From positions 18,354,001 through 18,418,000 of the forward strand of contig CM052832.1 in NCBI GenBank assembly GCA_028534125.1: a stretch of DNA of 64,000 bases. Reading direction: 5' to 3'. Shown here piece after piece: positions 1-13,791 of this stretch (positions are counted from its first letter, which is position 1; the number at the start of each line of letters is the position of its first letter). Below the pieces are notes generated by a model. The model saw only the letters and a list, made by a program, of their open reading frames with translations, made no database searches and was not told the origin of the DNA. Origin of the DNA: Lama glama. Lineage: Eukaryota. The translations under genes were made by a program, and so were the position numbers.

Positions 1-281
1 GTGGTTGCCGAGGGGGCGGGGGCTGGGAAGGGAGAGAATGGGATTTCAAAATTTGTAGATACTGACAGGCATATGTACAATAGATAAAGAAGATTATACT
101 ATACAGCTTAGGGAATGTATACAAGATCTTGTGGTAGCTCACAGCGAAAAAAAAAGTGAGTGAATACATGTGTGTTCATGTATAACTGAAAAATTGTGCT
201 TTACATTGGAACTTGACAAAACATTGTAAAATGACTATAACGCAATAAAAAAAAGTTTAAAATAAATAAATAAACAAATAA
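1..281 (+). mobile_element. L1 3' end fragment (lineage-type 3' UTR with A-rich tail), entering from the window start
   Basis: Close similarity to 8200..8370 and 23392..23637 (…acattgtaaaatgactataa…aataaaaaaa), followed by an (AAAT)-rich tail. Confidence 0.75.
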
Positions 282-566
282 AGCATTGAGTGTCCATGAG
301 GGCTTAAGCTTCGGTAAGGTATAATATGCATTCAGTGGTTTTACAAAAAAAGAAGTCATTTAATCGAAGTAAAAAGCGTTTTCTGCAATAGAAGGAAGGT
401 CAGTAAATAATTTACTATTCCTGTAAAGTAGGTCAAGATGGAGAGACAATGAGTTTAAAAACATCAGGTCAATTACTTTGAAGTCTAGAAAGAGTAAAAA
501 AAACGTTAAAGTGTCTATTATTTGTTTCAGAAATAAAATAAGAATATCAAGGAGTTACAACATGAA

Positions 567-1066
567 NNNNNNNNNNNNNNNNNNNNNNNNNNNNNNNNNN
601 NNNNNNNNNNNNNNNNNNNNNNNNNNNNNNNNNNNNNNNNNNNNNNNNNNNNNNNNNNNNNNNNNNNNNNNNNNNNNNNNNNNNNNNNNNNNNNNNNNNN
701 NNNNNNNNNNNNNNNNNNNNNNNNNNNNNNNNNNNNNNNNNNNNNNNNNNNNNNNNNNNNNNNNNNNNNNNNNNNNNNNNNNNNNNNNNNNNNNNNNNNN
801 NNNNNNNNNNNNNNNNNNNNNNNNNNNNNNNNNNNNNNNNNNNNNNNNNNNNNNNNNNNNNNNNNNNNNNNNNNNNNNNNNNNNNNNNNNNNNNNNNNNN
901 NNNNNNNNNNNNNNNNNNNNNNNNNNNNNNNNNNNNNNNNNNNNNNNNNNNNNNNNNNNNNNNNNNNNNNNNNNNNNNNNNNNNNNNNNNNNNNNNNNNN
1001 NNNNNNNNNNNNNNNNNNNNNNNNNNNNNNNNNNNNNNNNNNNNNNNNNNNNNNNNNNNNNNNNNN
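567..1066. other. Assembly gap (500 N)
   Basis: Run of exactly 500 N, typical of a fixed-size scaffold placeholder. Confidence 0.99.
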
Positions 1067-2609
1067 TAAACATACATCTAAGGTTAATGGTCTTAATTTA
1101 CAAGGAAGACCTGCAAACTGCTAGGAAAAAAAATTAGAAAAAATACTTATCAGAATATTTTCTATGTTTCATTAAATTCCAATAGACAATACATATAAGA
1201 AAAAACAAAGCAAAAAATATACAACTATTCACCTTCCTACAAGTTAGATTATGCATATTACAGCAACAGTGGAATAGGACTTCTCACTATGGATAGATAA
1301 CCACTAAACCGTATTACTTAGGATGCTAAGGATGAGGAAGGATTGCCACAGCTATATAATCTTTTGAGAAAATTTCCTGGCAACATATATTAAAATTGAT
1401 CCATAGACACTTGACCTTTTGCAAAACAAAATAGTATTAGATTAATTAAGTAAATCAAGAAGAAAAACATAGAAACTAGAGAAGAGAGGGTATCGACTGT
1501 CTAGAAATAAAAACCCCACTATGTGAGGTTATATGAGGAGAGATTGTTAACCTGTATAAGCAGTTGTGTGTAAAGTGTTAAAATCAGTGTGTATTAAGTT
1601 TGTAACTTAAAGTATAAAAAGTACCCTCCCTCTGTACACTTCTCACTCCAAGTAACTTTCTATCAATCATCCTGCTAGGATTCTTGAAAATACAGCCTAA
1701 GATTTTTATCAGATCCCTTGTTTGCCTGTCCCCATTGTACTCTGCTCCATGAAGTGTGGGATCTGCTCTGTCTACTCCATGTGACATCTCAGCATCTATG
1801 AGAGGGCCTGGCACTCAACTTTCTGGGGACTGAACCAGGGACTGTATCTTGTAGCCCAGAAAGCCCTCTCAGAGCCCAGGAAGCACATAGTTATCTGAAT
1901 TTCTGTATAAAAATGTTTGCTCACTAACCATTGTTAGTACATTGACTACTGCCCTACACAGCTCCCCAAATGGCAGTGAAATTTGAAGTACTGTGTACTC
2001 CATTTTTTTTCACACTCTACCTTTTGCCAGATTTTTGAACTGACCCCTCCAGACCTAAATGTTTCATGATAACCCTCAGTGGCCCAGGAAGACCTAGTTC
2101 CTTTAAGGGCCTGTTCTCTGCTGGCTGATATCATGCACAAAAGAATCCTCTTTAATACCCTCTGAGTTTGTGGTTATTAAATGTTTGCTTAGAATCAAGG
2201 AAAGAGAAGGGTCACACGACTGGTGTGTGTGACCAAATCAATGCTGTTGCATCCACTTACAATGTCTGTTCTGCACATAAGGGCACCTTGATGGCTTTTT
2301 ACGTTCTAATGTTGGGGTTATCCAGTAAACAAGACCATCTACAGGGTGAGTATGTCAAAAAAAATTTGATCATGCACCTCCATACCCTGGCACGTCACAT
2401 ACTTTCCATATAATAGATCTTCAGTAAGTATTTGGAATGAATACACAGAATTAATTTGTTGACAACAAAAGTTGTATCTGCACAGAAATGGAATAATCAC
2501 TAAGCTGCAGGGACTTGGGAGTTTATTACTGAGTTACAGACCATTTTAGCCACCACTTGGTTTCAAATTCCAGTTGCTAAATTTGGAGGGAGATACATAA
2601 CTGGTTCTT

Positions 2610-2785
2610 GAGCTGCTGTCCAATATAGTAGCCACCAGCTGTATATTACTTTAAATTTAAATGAAATAACATGAAAAATTCAGATCTTCAGGTGCACTAA
2701 CCACATGTCAAGTTGCTGATGGCTTCTGTACTGGGCAGCAAAGAGAACATCCTTGTCAATGCAGAAGTTTGTGTTGGTAGCACCG
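2610..2785. mobile_element. MER3-like hAT-Charlie non-autonomous DNA transposon relic
   Basis: gctgtccaatatagtagccac…aaattcag…gcactaaccacat…gaacat…gcagaagtt pattern resembles MER3 as I recall it; boundaries approximate. Confidence 0.55.
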
Positions 2786-2859
2786 GGCTAGGTGGTACTT
2801 GCCCCTCTGGGCAAACATTCAAATGCACTTACCCAGGCTCCTCCAGGTGGCATCTGAAG

Positions 2860-3051
2860 ATATACTTGCCAGACACGATACGGGATGTTCAATTAAATTT
2901 GAATTTCAGATAAGCAACAAATAATTGTTTTAGTATAAGTATGCCTCCAAATATTATACAAGACATAGTATACTGAAACAAAAATGTTTTTATCTGAAAT
3001 TCACATTTAACTAGGCACCTTGTATTTTTGTTTGCCAAATCTGGCAACCCT
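2860..3051. mobile_element. MER53-like palindromic hAT MITE
   Basis: Internal inverted repeats (ttaaatttgaatttcagataa … ttatctgaaattcacatttaa), end tctggcaaccct, and an 8-bp direct repeat ATCTGAAG at 2852..2859 and 3052..3059. Confidence 0.8.
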
Positions 3052-6000
3052 ATCTGAAGAGCAAAATTAGAGCATCTTCCCCAAGAGGCTGGGTCCTCTT
3101 ACCACGGGGAGTTTTTATGTGAGGAATTGAGAAGCGCTGATACCCCAAAAGGAGCAAAGTCATTGAAGGAAACAGGTTTGTGAGTTTTTCTGCAGGTGTT
3201 GAAGACTGAGAAAGAAGTTCCCAAATACATTTACTTTCGTTTCTTCTCTCCTCTTAGGTTTCAAAAGCTCACTACAAAGAGTTGCCTGGATCCGGAGCCT
3301 GTCATACTCATCAATTCTCAGAAATAAATGGATAGATGACATCAATGTTCTGACGTCACTGATTGATTCTGCACCTGCAAATTTTTGTCCTATTTAAAAC
3401 TTAACCTGGATTTCTTTCTTTGTGTACTGTGTGCCTTGAAGATAAGGAGAGTAAAGGAGGAGGGAGTGGGAAGTATTTCTGCAGAGAAAGTTTTTAGTAC
3501 AAAATGTGTCTAATTTCTTGAATGAGTAATACGTTTAGAAGATTCAAACAAATAAAAATAACAAGGTATATATTTAGAATCCACTCTTTGACTGGATTAC
3601 TCTGCTGTTCCCTAGGTAACATTATTTTCCTTGTGTATCTGCCCATTGTTAATCCATGCTGATGTGAGTCAAGAATGAATGTGTTTTCTCTCCCCCACCC
3701 TTAGCTTTCATTCTTAAGATAGCAGACGGTATAAACGTGCTCTTTTTTATAATGATACATCTTGGAGAACTTTCCAACTGTGAACACAGGGGCCTTCCTG
3801 TACACTGTCTTATGGTATTGTGCTGTGTGGATGCATCACAGTTTATGTAACGTGTCCCCTCTTGGTAGGCACATAAAACAATTCTGGAATAACAAACCCC
3901 GATGTACACCAAAATGGAAATTGTTCTAATTTTCTGCTGGGATAGTGGAAAGTGAACAGAAATGCAGGTCACTCGTGGATTGGACTCAAGGTTCCTTCCC
4001 TTAAAAACTATGGCCTTAACAAAATAAGTCATTTTGAACCTCAGGTTCTTCATCTGTAAGATGGAGGTAATATGGTACCTTAAGTAATTATGAGAATGAA
4101 AAAACTGGAGCTTGAAGACTAGCACAAATAAAATTATTTAATTTTCAACACCGTTTCTTTTGTGTTGTATATAGCATATTATAATAGGAGCAGGCTCCCC
4201 AGATTCCAGCCTGGCAAGATGAAATGAAAGATGGTAGAAAGAGGAAGGTGGTTTTCATTAATTACCTGGTGAAATGGCAATTTCTTCTCATAGTAAGAAG
4301 CCACCGCCTCTCAATCTGCCTGCGTCTTTTCCCCTCTGCAGTCAAGGTCAGGGTCTGAAGATGTCTCTGCTACTCTTAAACCTGTGTATTGGGGTCTGGA
4401 GGCCTGGGTGGTCCACTGCTGTGTTGCCTGCTCTCAGCTGGTGTCTGACATTGCCTGGCATGTACTAGTCATTCTAAAAATATCTGATGAATTCATAAGG
4501 CTGGGTTGTCAGAAGGACACATCCAACTTAGTCTTAAAAGTGCCTATATAAATAAGTCAACTCATAGTGGCTTGTGTGTATGCGCACACACATATACATA
4601 TACACATAGCACAGACATGCAGTGAGATGTCCTGGAAAGATGGGAATCTGGGTTTGTGTTCCAGCTTTGCCGTTTGCAAACTGACTCGGGGTGAATCACC
4701 TGCCATCCCTGCAAATCAGGCTTTTCATCTGTCAAATGGGATAATCATACCTCCCAGAGTTTTGAAAACTAACCATCGGAGATAGTGCATGAAAAAGCAC
4801 TTTATTACTTGTCAAACCTAATATAAACATGTGCAAGATTATATAAAGATAGAGGAAATATCTATCCTTTACTGATCTATCTACACATGTGGAAAATAGG
4901 AGAGGATGTTGGGATTTCTACCTTGGGATTTGCCAGCTTCTACCTGGAGACACTGAAGTGATTTTGACTATGCTAAACCAGAGTGCTACCTGCTTCTGGC
5001 AGCAACTCCCCCAGGGTAGGAGGAAGCTTCTAGAGAAGTGAAGCTGGCAGACGTGTGATATTCAAATAGCAGTGGATGCACCCACTCACCTGCCACCAGG
5101 TCTCCTCCAGGTACAGAAGCAGCAGCCCCAGTGGGCTGGGTGGGTGTTTCAAACACAACTGAGCCACCTCTCCAAAAGCAGAAACTCCTAAGACAGGGAT
5201 GCTCCAAACTATGTCTACTCCGGTTGGGTTCAATATGACTCCCTAGATATGGAGAATCACCCCTACCGGGTATCTGAGTAATGACAGTGAAGAAAAGAAA
5301 AATGTGGAAGGTCATTAAAGAAAAGGGCCCTAGATACACTGGCCCTGTGGTGGGAAAGAATAAATGAAGGGGAGAGCACAGAAGGAAACTTCTATTTCCT
5401 TTAGCTCAGTCCCTCCAGGCTGTGGATGAAGAGACTGGAGCCCTGAATCACTGGTCTTTGCAAAGGCACGAAACAGATGGGTGCTTTGTACATGTCCACA
5501 CACTGGGCTATATTTCTGCCCTTGCCACCTTCATCCTCTCAGGCATTCAGTGAAAAATCTCCATGTCACTTTGAATCCCTGTTGCCTTTGTTCCTACTCT
5601 GGGCTCAGTGTAACATGGGTAGCCTGGAGCTGGCCATGGTGGGAGTATTTGCACCACAAGAATTAGCAAACACTGCAGATTGGGATTTGGGGGTGTTTCC
5701 TGGAGAACCAGTTATTAAACTTATTTACCAACACACCACTGCCTTAAACATTCTTTGTTCCTGCCAGGTAAGGAACAAAGAATGTTCTCTCTGACCTCTC
5801 ATATCTGTCTCTGTTTCTCTATATCTGGTCTGATTTAATTCCCACACTCCGATGATCCGCACCCACTGTGATCCATTCCCATCTGCTGCATTCCCGTATC
5901 AACTTCCCAAATTTTATGAGGAAGTCTGGAACACACATCTCACCGATTCTCACCTGCCTCACCCCTCACTTACTCCAGGCTTTGGCTCGAATGTCACCTT

Positions 6001-8079
6001 CTCAGTGAGACCCTCCCTGACCTTTCTTCCACTCCCAGAGCCAGAGATGCCTTCTGGGAGGGCGAACATGGTCTGGCAGATGGTGATGCCGAGAGGGTGG
6101 TCTGTCAGTACAGCATGGTGAGCAATGCCATGAGCAAAGGCACTGCTGGGACACAAGTGGCTGTTTAACCAGTGACCCCAGGGACTTCCTCTGGGTTGCC
6201 TGGCAATGAATTGGGAACGATGGCTGTTTCTCTCCCTGTGGGAGGATCAGCCAATGTTCCCAGGTGCTGGGAGGCTGGCGCTCCCAGCTGACACCCACAC
6301 AGAAAATGTTTCCTCTCCTCATTCAAGTCTGGTGTCATGCTTTTCTCTATGAAAAGGAACAGCATGGGCACTGGGTCCCCTTTTGGAGCACAGCCCCTCT
6401 GTGCATCAGGCTGTTCCCTTCCCTGACACATGACCCAGGGCGGCAGGAGAGCAGGCACCACACATCTGCTGACTTCTGCCCACACGTTCCAGCAGGCACA
6501 AGTGACACTGTGCCTGCCGATGAGACAGACACTAGTCCAAAGTAGGAAGACATATTAGCAGGTGTTAAATGACCTCTGGAGGTGGTCCTCTGTGTAGAGG
6601 AGTGGATATAAGCTTTTATTAAGGGGTTGAAGTGGAACGTTTTAATCATGATTTTAATTACCTTGTGTCTCATCTTCTCAAATGCTCTTCATGAAAATTA
6701 CAAACCAACACCTCTTTCTGAAATTTTTCGTTTAGCCCCTTGTATGCCCCCTTTCTTCTGTCCATTCTTTTCCCGCTAGCTCTCTTTCCTCTCCAATTAG
6801 CATCAACTTTTTTTTCGAGCAGCACTTATAAAAAGATCTTTCTTGTTTTCCTGCTAGTGGTCAGTGTTGAATACATGGGGACCCTATCCCAACTGCACTC
6901 CGTGGATGCCCCAGTGGTACCCAGTCACTGGGACTACCAGCTCAGCTCAGGTTTCCGGGGCCTGCATCCGGATCGTGGAGCCGCACTTGCAGAGCAGTCC
7001 TCTGGCTCCATCAGTAGGACCCACACTGCTCAGTTCTCCCCTGTGACTCAGCAGTCACACCTGAGAATCAGACAAGTCTTCCTTGTTGCCCAAATTCACT
7101 GCTATCCAAGCTAGAGTTGGATTGGGAGGAATGCAGTTCTGAACTTATTTCATTAATTAGATTATAATGCTCACTCTGTGCCAAGCACTAACTTATTTTA
7201 TTTAAACCTCATAATAAGTGGATGAGGTAGGTGCTATTATTATTCCATTTTGTAGACTGGGAGACCAAGGCACAGAGAGATTAAGTAATTTGCCCAGGAC
7301 ATATACCTCGTAAAATGGACAGATGGGGAAGGTGTGCAGATGAGAATACAGCACAGGGAATTAGCTTGGTACTGTTACTGGGAAGGTAAAGGAGATAATA
7401 CGTAAAGACCTCAGAAGAGCACAAACCCACAGGGAACCCTTGGTAAATGCTTGTTGCTATTTGGTACTGTTATTATCATAAGGGTAACGATTTAATTATA
7501 CAATGAAACCAATGTCCTAGTAGTCCAAGGAGCTAACAATCGTCTCTTTGGTGGTTCTGTTTGATTTGATTTGGTTATTTGTTACTCTTAATTTCATGTT
7601 CTTTGTACTTTAGTCTTTAAGTAAGAAACACCAGATATAAGGCCCTGCTCTTTTTTAGTTTTAGGTGAGTTATGATATTCTGAGAGAGAGCAGTGGGAAT
7701 GCAATTTTAAGAAAATAAGAAAGCAGTTGATTTTAAACAATTTACTCTTTTTATTTGTACCCAACACAAATGAAGTGACAGCAACCTTGAAGACTGATTG
7801 TTGTGAATTCTGAGACAGCGTGAGATATGAAAATAAAACCACAGATTTGACTGTCCATCAGACCCTATCTTGCAACACAATGCGATCTTGAACAAATTAT
7901 TTTCCCTTTTCATCCTCAGTTTCTTTGTCTGGAAAATGGAACCAATGAAGATCACCCACCTCAGAGGATGGAGGTGAAGATTAAGTGGGGATAATGTCTT
8001 GGCACATACTACACACTGAAAACCATGTCCTCTCTTCCCTCTGTTTGCCCTTATATATGTCCTCAGTTTATCTCTGGAG

Positions 8080-8774
8080 GTATTTGTTATCTATTTCTGC
8101 ATCACAAATTATCCCAAAACTTAGTAGCTTCAGGATCTAAGCTCAGCCAAGCTGGGTTCTCTGGATTTCTCACAAGGCTACATTTAAGATGTGATCAGGT
8201 ATAGCACAGGGAAATATATACAAGATCTTGTGATAGCTCACAGCAAAAAAAAAAAAATGTGACATTGAATATATGTATGTTCATGTATAACTGAAAAATT
8301 CTGCTCTACACTGGAATTTGACACAACATTGTAAAATGACTATAACTTAATAAAAAAATGTTAGGAAAAAAAGATGTGATCAGGACTGCAGTCACCTCAA
8401 AGCTCATTGTGGGTTCAATCCACTTCCAAACCCATGCATGTGGTTGTTGGTAGGACTCAGTTCCTCAAGGGCTATTAAACTGAAGTCCTCAAGTCCTTGA
8501 TGGTTGTTTCTTGTCATGTGGGCAGCTCATTATGGCAGCTGGCCTTCTTATGAGGCAATGAGCAAGTGAGAGGCTAAAAGTATGGACCCAAGACAGAAGC
8601 CTCAACCTTGATTAACAAATCTCAGAAGTAACACGCCATAGCTTTTGACATATTCTATTTGTAAAAAGCAAGTCACCAGGTGCAGCATACACTCAAGAAA
8701 AGGGGACAACGCAGGGGTATGAACCCTGAAAGGCAGGGATCATTGGGGTTATGTTAATAGATATATCCATCACA
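8080..8774 (-). mobile_element. MLT1-type (ERVL-MaLR) solo LTR, interrupted by an L1 fragment
   Basis: Starts with the reverse complement of the MLT1 3' end (ttatctatttctgcatcacaaattatcccaaaacttagtagctt); typical internal motifs. Confidence 0.6.
8200..8370 (+). mobile_element. 5'-truncated L1 3' fragment with target-site duplication
   Basis: Perfect 14-bp TSD AAGATGTGATCAGG at 8186..8199 and 8371..8384; body matches 100..250. Confidence 0.85.
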
Positions 8775-9954
8775 CTGGATATATCACAAACTGATTAAAG
8801 CCAGGTGAAACTGTCTTCTTGATCCAGTGTCTTTAAATATGGAAGTGTACCTCTGGTTGAGTGCAGGTGCAAGGTCTCATGCTCAGGCATCAGCTTTGCA
8901 GAAATATTTCTTTGAATTTCTGATTGCTTCTGTCATTTGCCTCACTGAAGCTGCTGTATCACTGGAAACTACATTTCCCAGGCTCTCTTGCTCTCTGGCT
9001 TCCAGTAGACTTGACCAATGGGAGTCACTGGTGGAACATGTTGGTGAGACCGGTTCCTGCTTGCTTCCTGGGGTTTCTCCAGCCTGATTGATACTTTTTG
9101 GCTCCAATCCCATGGCTAGCTCATCTCCTGGTGTTCTCAGCTCCTGTCTTAGCAGCCGTTCCAGGTTCACGGGGGTGGGGGTGGGGGGCTGTGTCCCCTA
9201 GATGATAATAGAACCTCTTTTTCCCTTTGTCCCTCTAGCCCTTGGAGAACTTCTTGTTAAGTGTCCCTCAATTTCTTGCAGCTGCTTATCTTTGGTTACT
9301 CCTCATCTTTCTTTTGTTTTCTTAACTCTCTCATTATCTATTTATCTAATTACCTCTGTTAAATTCCTTCTATATAAAGGCCCTGGAACAGTTTTTAACT
9401 GGACTGTACTAATACACTGACAAATGGTGGGACCGAACCCAGCTGAAACATAGTTCTTTCCTGAGCAAGTCACTTACAGAGTAGTATTGGCAGCATTTTC
9501 TAAAACGTTTGCAGTGCTAAATATCTGCCCTGGTCCTCATGCTGCTGGAAGTCCAGAGGGTGGTTGCTTCATCAGGATATAGCTTCACCACTCTGGGCTC
9601 AAGTATCCTGTTCTATAAAGTGGAAGGCTTTGTGATATCTGTGGTCTCTTAAATCTCTGAATATTAGGGGCTCCAGAATTTCTCCACAGAGAAAGTTTAG
9701 GAAACACTCTCTAAACTAGTTTGGTTGGGAAGTGGGTGGGAGCACTTTATGCAAGACCAAAGTTGGGGGGAGTGGTAAGAAAAGAAAACAAAATTCCCAA
9801 ACCCTGAGTTGTCCACGTCACAGAAGGGGAGGGTAATTGGGTTAGACTGTGGGAGAAGCTAATGTGGATTGTGCTATGACTTCATAAAATAAGTATGTTG
9901 TCTTAAAAATTGCTTCCTGTTTCCTACTCTACCCCCTGCTTTCTACCCACTTTA

Positions 9955-9981
9955 AATAATAATAATAATAATAATAATAAT
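9955..9981 (+). repeat. (AAT)9 microsatellite
   Basis: Read directly. Confidence 0.95.
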
Positions 9982-10338
9982 GCTTAGAAATAAAGTTTAA
10001 AAATATGAAAATAAAATTTCACTGTATTTGGTATAACAATAGTTTATAAAGGATGGTAGAATTAGTCACTGGAATAATCTCACCAGGAGGAGACACAGTA
10101 CAAGAAAGCTCTCTTAATTTAAGTTCCTGCATCTTTAGATGCAGTTTTGCCATCTGGAAAATGATGATAATAATAGCATGTAGGGTTGTTATGAAAATTA
10201 AGTGAGTGAGTATTTGTAAAGTACTTTGAACAGTGCCTGATACATAGTATTTACTCTTTGGTAAACTTTATATATATGCTGCTATATGCTAAATTATAAC
10301 TGACTATATTTGTAACTGATATAAATTATACTAGAATT

Positions 10339-10414
10339 GGGGGAAGGTATAGCTCGGTGGTAGGGTGCATACCTAACATACACAAGGTCCTGGGTTCAAT
10401 CCCCAGTACCTCCA

Positions 10415-10458
<44 letters not shown>

Positions 10459-10462
10459 AAAA
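10339..10462 (+). mobile_element. tRNA-derived SINE (Vic-1-like, camelid type) with (AAAT)n tail
   Basis: Pol III A-box tagctcggtgg, B-box ggttcaatcc, 3' end ccccagtacctccatt and an (AAAT) tail; three more copies in the window. Confidence 0.8.
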
Positions 10463-11465
10463 TATCATGGCTACTGTAAGTCTGGAGAATTCAAGTAAGA
10501 ACAGCTGTGAGAAAAAGCAAGTTGGTAGTCACCTAGTAAAAGAAGGGTTTGTAGAATGGTGACTTGATCAATGTATCTTTTCCACAAAACAAAACAGTTT
10601 ACACAAGTGTCCTCAGGGTGGAGGAGCTAATTGATTGGGGGACTATTGCTTCATGAAAAGATCCCTTTTTATAAACTCTGTGCTCAGAAAGTATCCTTTA
10701 ATCTGTTATCTCTGGCGTCCTGATCAGAAAGTTAGCACATTTCTGATCCTTATTTTTAATATCAAGTATGTCTCTTCTTATAAATTAATTAATGACATGG
10801 CTTATAAATTCAGTTCATGGGAATTTAAGTTTGTATAATCATAGTAATAGGTAACATCTATGGTTGTTTACTATGCATCAGTGTAACAAGCAGTTCAAAG
10901 ACATTATTTTATCTAATCCTAGCATACTCCTACTGAGTCAATAATAGTTGTATCAGTTAGATTTTGCTAAATTATATAGCAAACAATCCTCAAATCTTGG
11001 GTGATGACAATAGTAAAGGTTATATTTCAGGATCATGTCATATTTTTTTGTAGATTGGCTGTGACTCTGCTCCACATTTTCTTCCTGGAGGGACCCAGAC
11101 TAAACGAATATGACAAAGAGATTGCATCACTCGTAACCATTCTACAGGAAAGGGTGTACACCTCACTTCTAGTCACATTTTATCAACCAAAGCAACTCCC
11201 AGGGTGATCACTGATGTTGATGTGGTGGGAAAGTATACTCACAGGGGGAGGCAAATTATAAATCCACATCAATGGGCAGGGATGTATATTCCTTCCAAAA
11301 AGGGCAGAAAAAAATTGAAAGGTAAAAGTGCAATCGACTATACTATCCTCATCCAAATTTTAGACGTGAGAAACTTGAGAAATAGAGTTTAGTAAATATC
11401 TTAAAGTCTCAAATTTAATAAGTAATAGGATTGGGATCTGAAATGGAGTTGTTGGTCTCCAGAAC

Positions 11466-11991
11466 TGTGACAGCCAGACTCCAAAATTTCCCCAGTAATT
11501 CTCATCTTGTATGCAAGCACTGTGTAGTTCCCTTTCAAACTGAATAGGACTGACCTATGGAACTAATGGAATATTGTGATTTATGAAGTTATGTTAAAAA
11601 AGATATTGTGACTTCCATTTTGCTCTCTCTTGGATTACTCACTCTTGGAGAAGCCAGTTGTGATGTAGTGAGTCCTCAAGCAGCTGGATGAACAGGTACA
11701 TATGCCAAGGAACTAAGGCCTTCTGTCAACAGCCAACACCACCCTGCCAGTCATGTGAGCCACATGAGCCACCTGGGAATTAGACCTTCTATCCCCAATC
11801 AAATTTTCAAGTATTAGCCATAGTTAATATCTTGGCTCCTATCTTATCAGAGGTCCCAAGACAAAACCACCCAGTTAAGTCACCCCCAAATTTCTGACCC
11901 ATGGAAACTGTGTGAGATAATAGATGCATATTATTATTTTAAGCCACTAAATTCTGGGATAATTTGTTATGCAGCAATACAAAACTATACA
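11466..11991 (+). mobile_element. MLT1-type (ERVL-MaLR) solo LTR
   Basis: TG…CA ends; 3' signature ttttaagccactaaattctgggataatttgttatgcagcaata. Confidence 0.7.
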
Positions 11992-13204
11992 TGAGTGTGT
12001 GTCTAACCATTATACCAATCTGCCATCATGTATAAATTAACAATCTTGGGTAAACATATAGATATTACATTTATAAACCAGTAAACCCATATAATTTCGG
12101 GAGAATGGAGTGGAACATGTAAAGGGATGCTGAAGAAATAATACGAAGTTTGATAGACAAAGAGAGAAAAGTAAAGAACAGAGAAAAGATACATAAGGCC
12201 AAATGCAATATGTTCTTGTTCATTGAACCATTTCTTCTAAAGACACCAGCAACATCTTTGAAAAAAGTGATGCTGAAGAGATTGATTAGGAAAATGCTTA
12301 TGAGTTAATGGAAAAGTAAGTTAATATCTCTGAAGTCATTCTCACAGAACCCACTTTTCAGACAGAAGAGAGTATTTCTCAGACTCTTGCCTGGATTAAG
12401 GGATCTGTGTTTTGACTATTAAGAGTATACATGTAGACACATATTTTATATACTTAAGCTCTTATGGGCCAAGAAAGGATACTGAATCCTCCACCTCATC
12501 CCCAGATCCAAACTACTCTCCACCTGCACCTTCTGTACAGACCCTTCCTACCACCAGATTCTAAAGGTTTTCCTTCCTGACAGCCAAGTGGCCAAGTCAC
12601 TAACCTTTCTCAGGCTTTTATCTTGAAACAATAATGGGTTCTTGGAACTTCCATATGCTTCAACATCCAAATTCAGTTTAGAATCATTTATTAGATTTAC
12701 TGTTTTTATGTATTTTTTTGTTTTGCTTTTATAGATGTATTTAGCCTTAGGCCAATTTAGAACAATTTAACTCTTGAGTTTAGAGCTTACAGTGTGTGTA
12801 TATGTGTGTGTGTGTAGTGTAAAATATATAAGATATAAAAATAAAGAGATTAAGATCACCTCTTAAACTATAGTCCATGACAGTGTTCCTTCAATCTGCT
12901 GATTGAGATCCATTATTTATGAAATCAATTTATTTGGTTTTAGTCAGCTTTATCAAAACTAAATAGAGAGGAGAGGAGAGGGAAGAGATAAGAAGGGAAG
13001 AGAAAAAGAAATAGCAGAGAAAATTGCATTTAAAGGACAATCTATTCCTTCCTCAAAGTTTTGTTTTAGTTAGGGTATGTATTTTGGCATGTGAGTGTGA
13101 ATATATGATGTAAAACATGCTTCTTAATGTAGGTTATAATCAAAAATTTTTCTTAAAAAAATTATAACTGACCAGCTAATAAACTTTTGAAAATAAACTG
13201 AAAC

Positions 13205-13791
13205 CATTACTATTTAGGCTACAAAGTACCCCAAAACTTAGTTGCCTAAAACAACAACCATTTTATTATACTAGTAGATTCTTCAAATCAGGACCTCAGA
13301 GAGAGCAGAGTGGAGCTCGCCTGTCTCTATGCATGATATTTGGAACTTCAGCTGAAAAGACTTGAGCACTGGAATTTCTAATCAGCTAGAGACTCCCCTC
13401 ACATTTCTGGTCCTTGAACAAAGATGATTCAAAGACTCCAATGACTTACCAGAGTCTCCAAACATGGTCTCCACAAGCAGCTTGGCTTTCTCACAACATG
13501 GTGGCCTCAGAGTCACCAAAATGTTTACAATATAGATAGTCCAGAGACCAAAGCGCAAGGGTTCTAGCAAATAAGGCAGATGCTGTGTTACTTTTTAAGA
13601 CCTGGTCTTGGAAGCCACACTGCCTCCCTTCCTCCACACTCTATCGGCATAAGCTGTCACAGGGTCACTCAGAATCAAAGGGATCAGAATTAGACTTGAT
13701 CGGGAAGCATCAGGACTCACCGGAGAAGGGAACATGGATCAGGAGAAATTGTTGTGACCATTTTTGGGAAATTAAATTTGCTATATCATAC
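13205..13791 (-). mobile_element. MLT1-type LTR relic
   Basis: accccaaaacttagttgcctaaaacaacaaccattttatta is the reverse complement of an MLT1 3' end; boundaries approximate. Confidence 0.55.

Noticed and set aside
478..1137. ORFs spanning the first N run (likewise 22147..22755 and the tail of 21885..22709)
   Set aside because: Artefacts of translating through N.
3336..3358. Perfect CRE TGACGTCA (3351..3358) with a nearby TGACATCA
   Set aside because: One 8-mer in 64 kb is close to chance expectation, and there is no promoter context.
3649..4125. 158-aa minus-strand ORF
   Set aside because: Begins in MIR-like sequence, has no recognisable domain and no splice or promoter support.
5852..7114. 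Cluster of overlapping 60-124 aa ORFs in moderately GC-rich DNA
   Set aside because: No domain, codon bias or consistent exon structure; expected in stop-poor sequence.
10339..10415. tRNA gene
   Set aside because: A and B boxes are present, but there is no cloverleaf, it has an A-rich tail and there are diverged copies elsewhere: a SINE.
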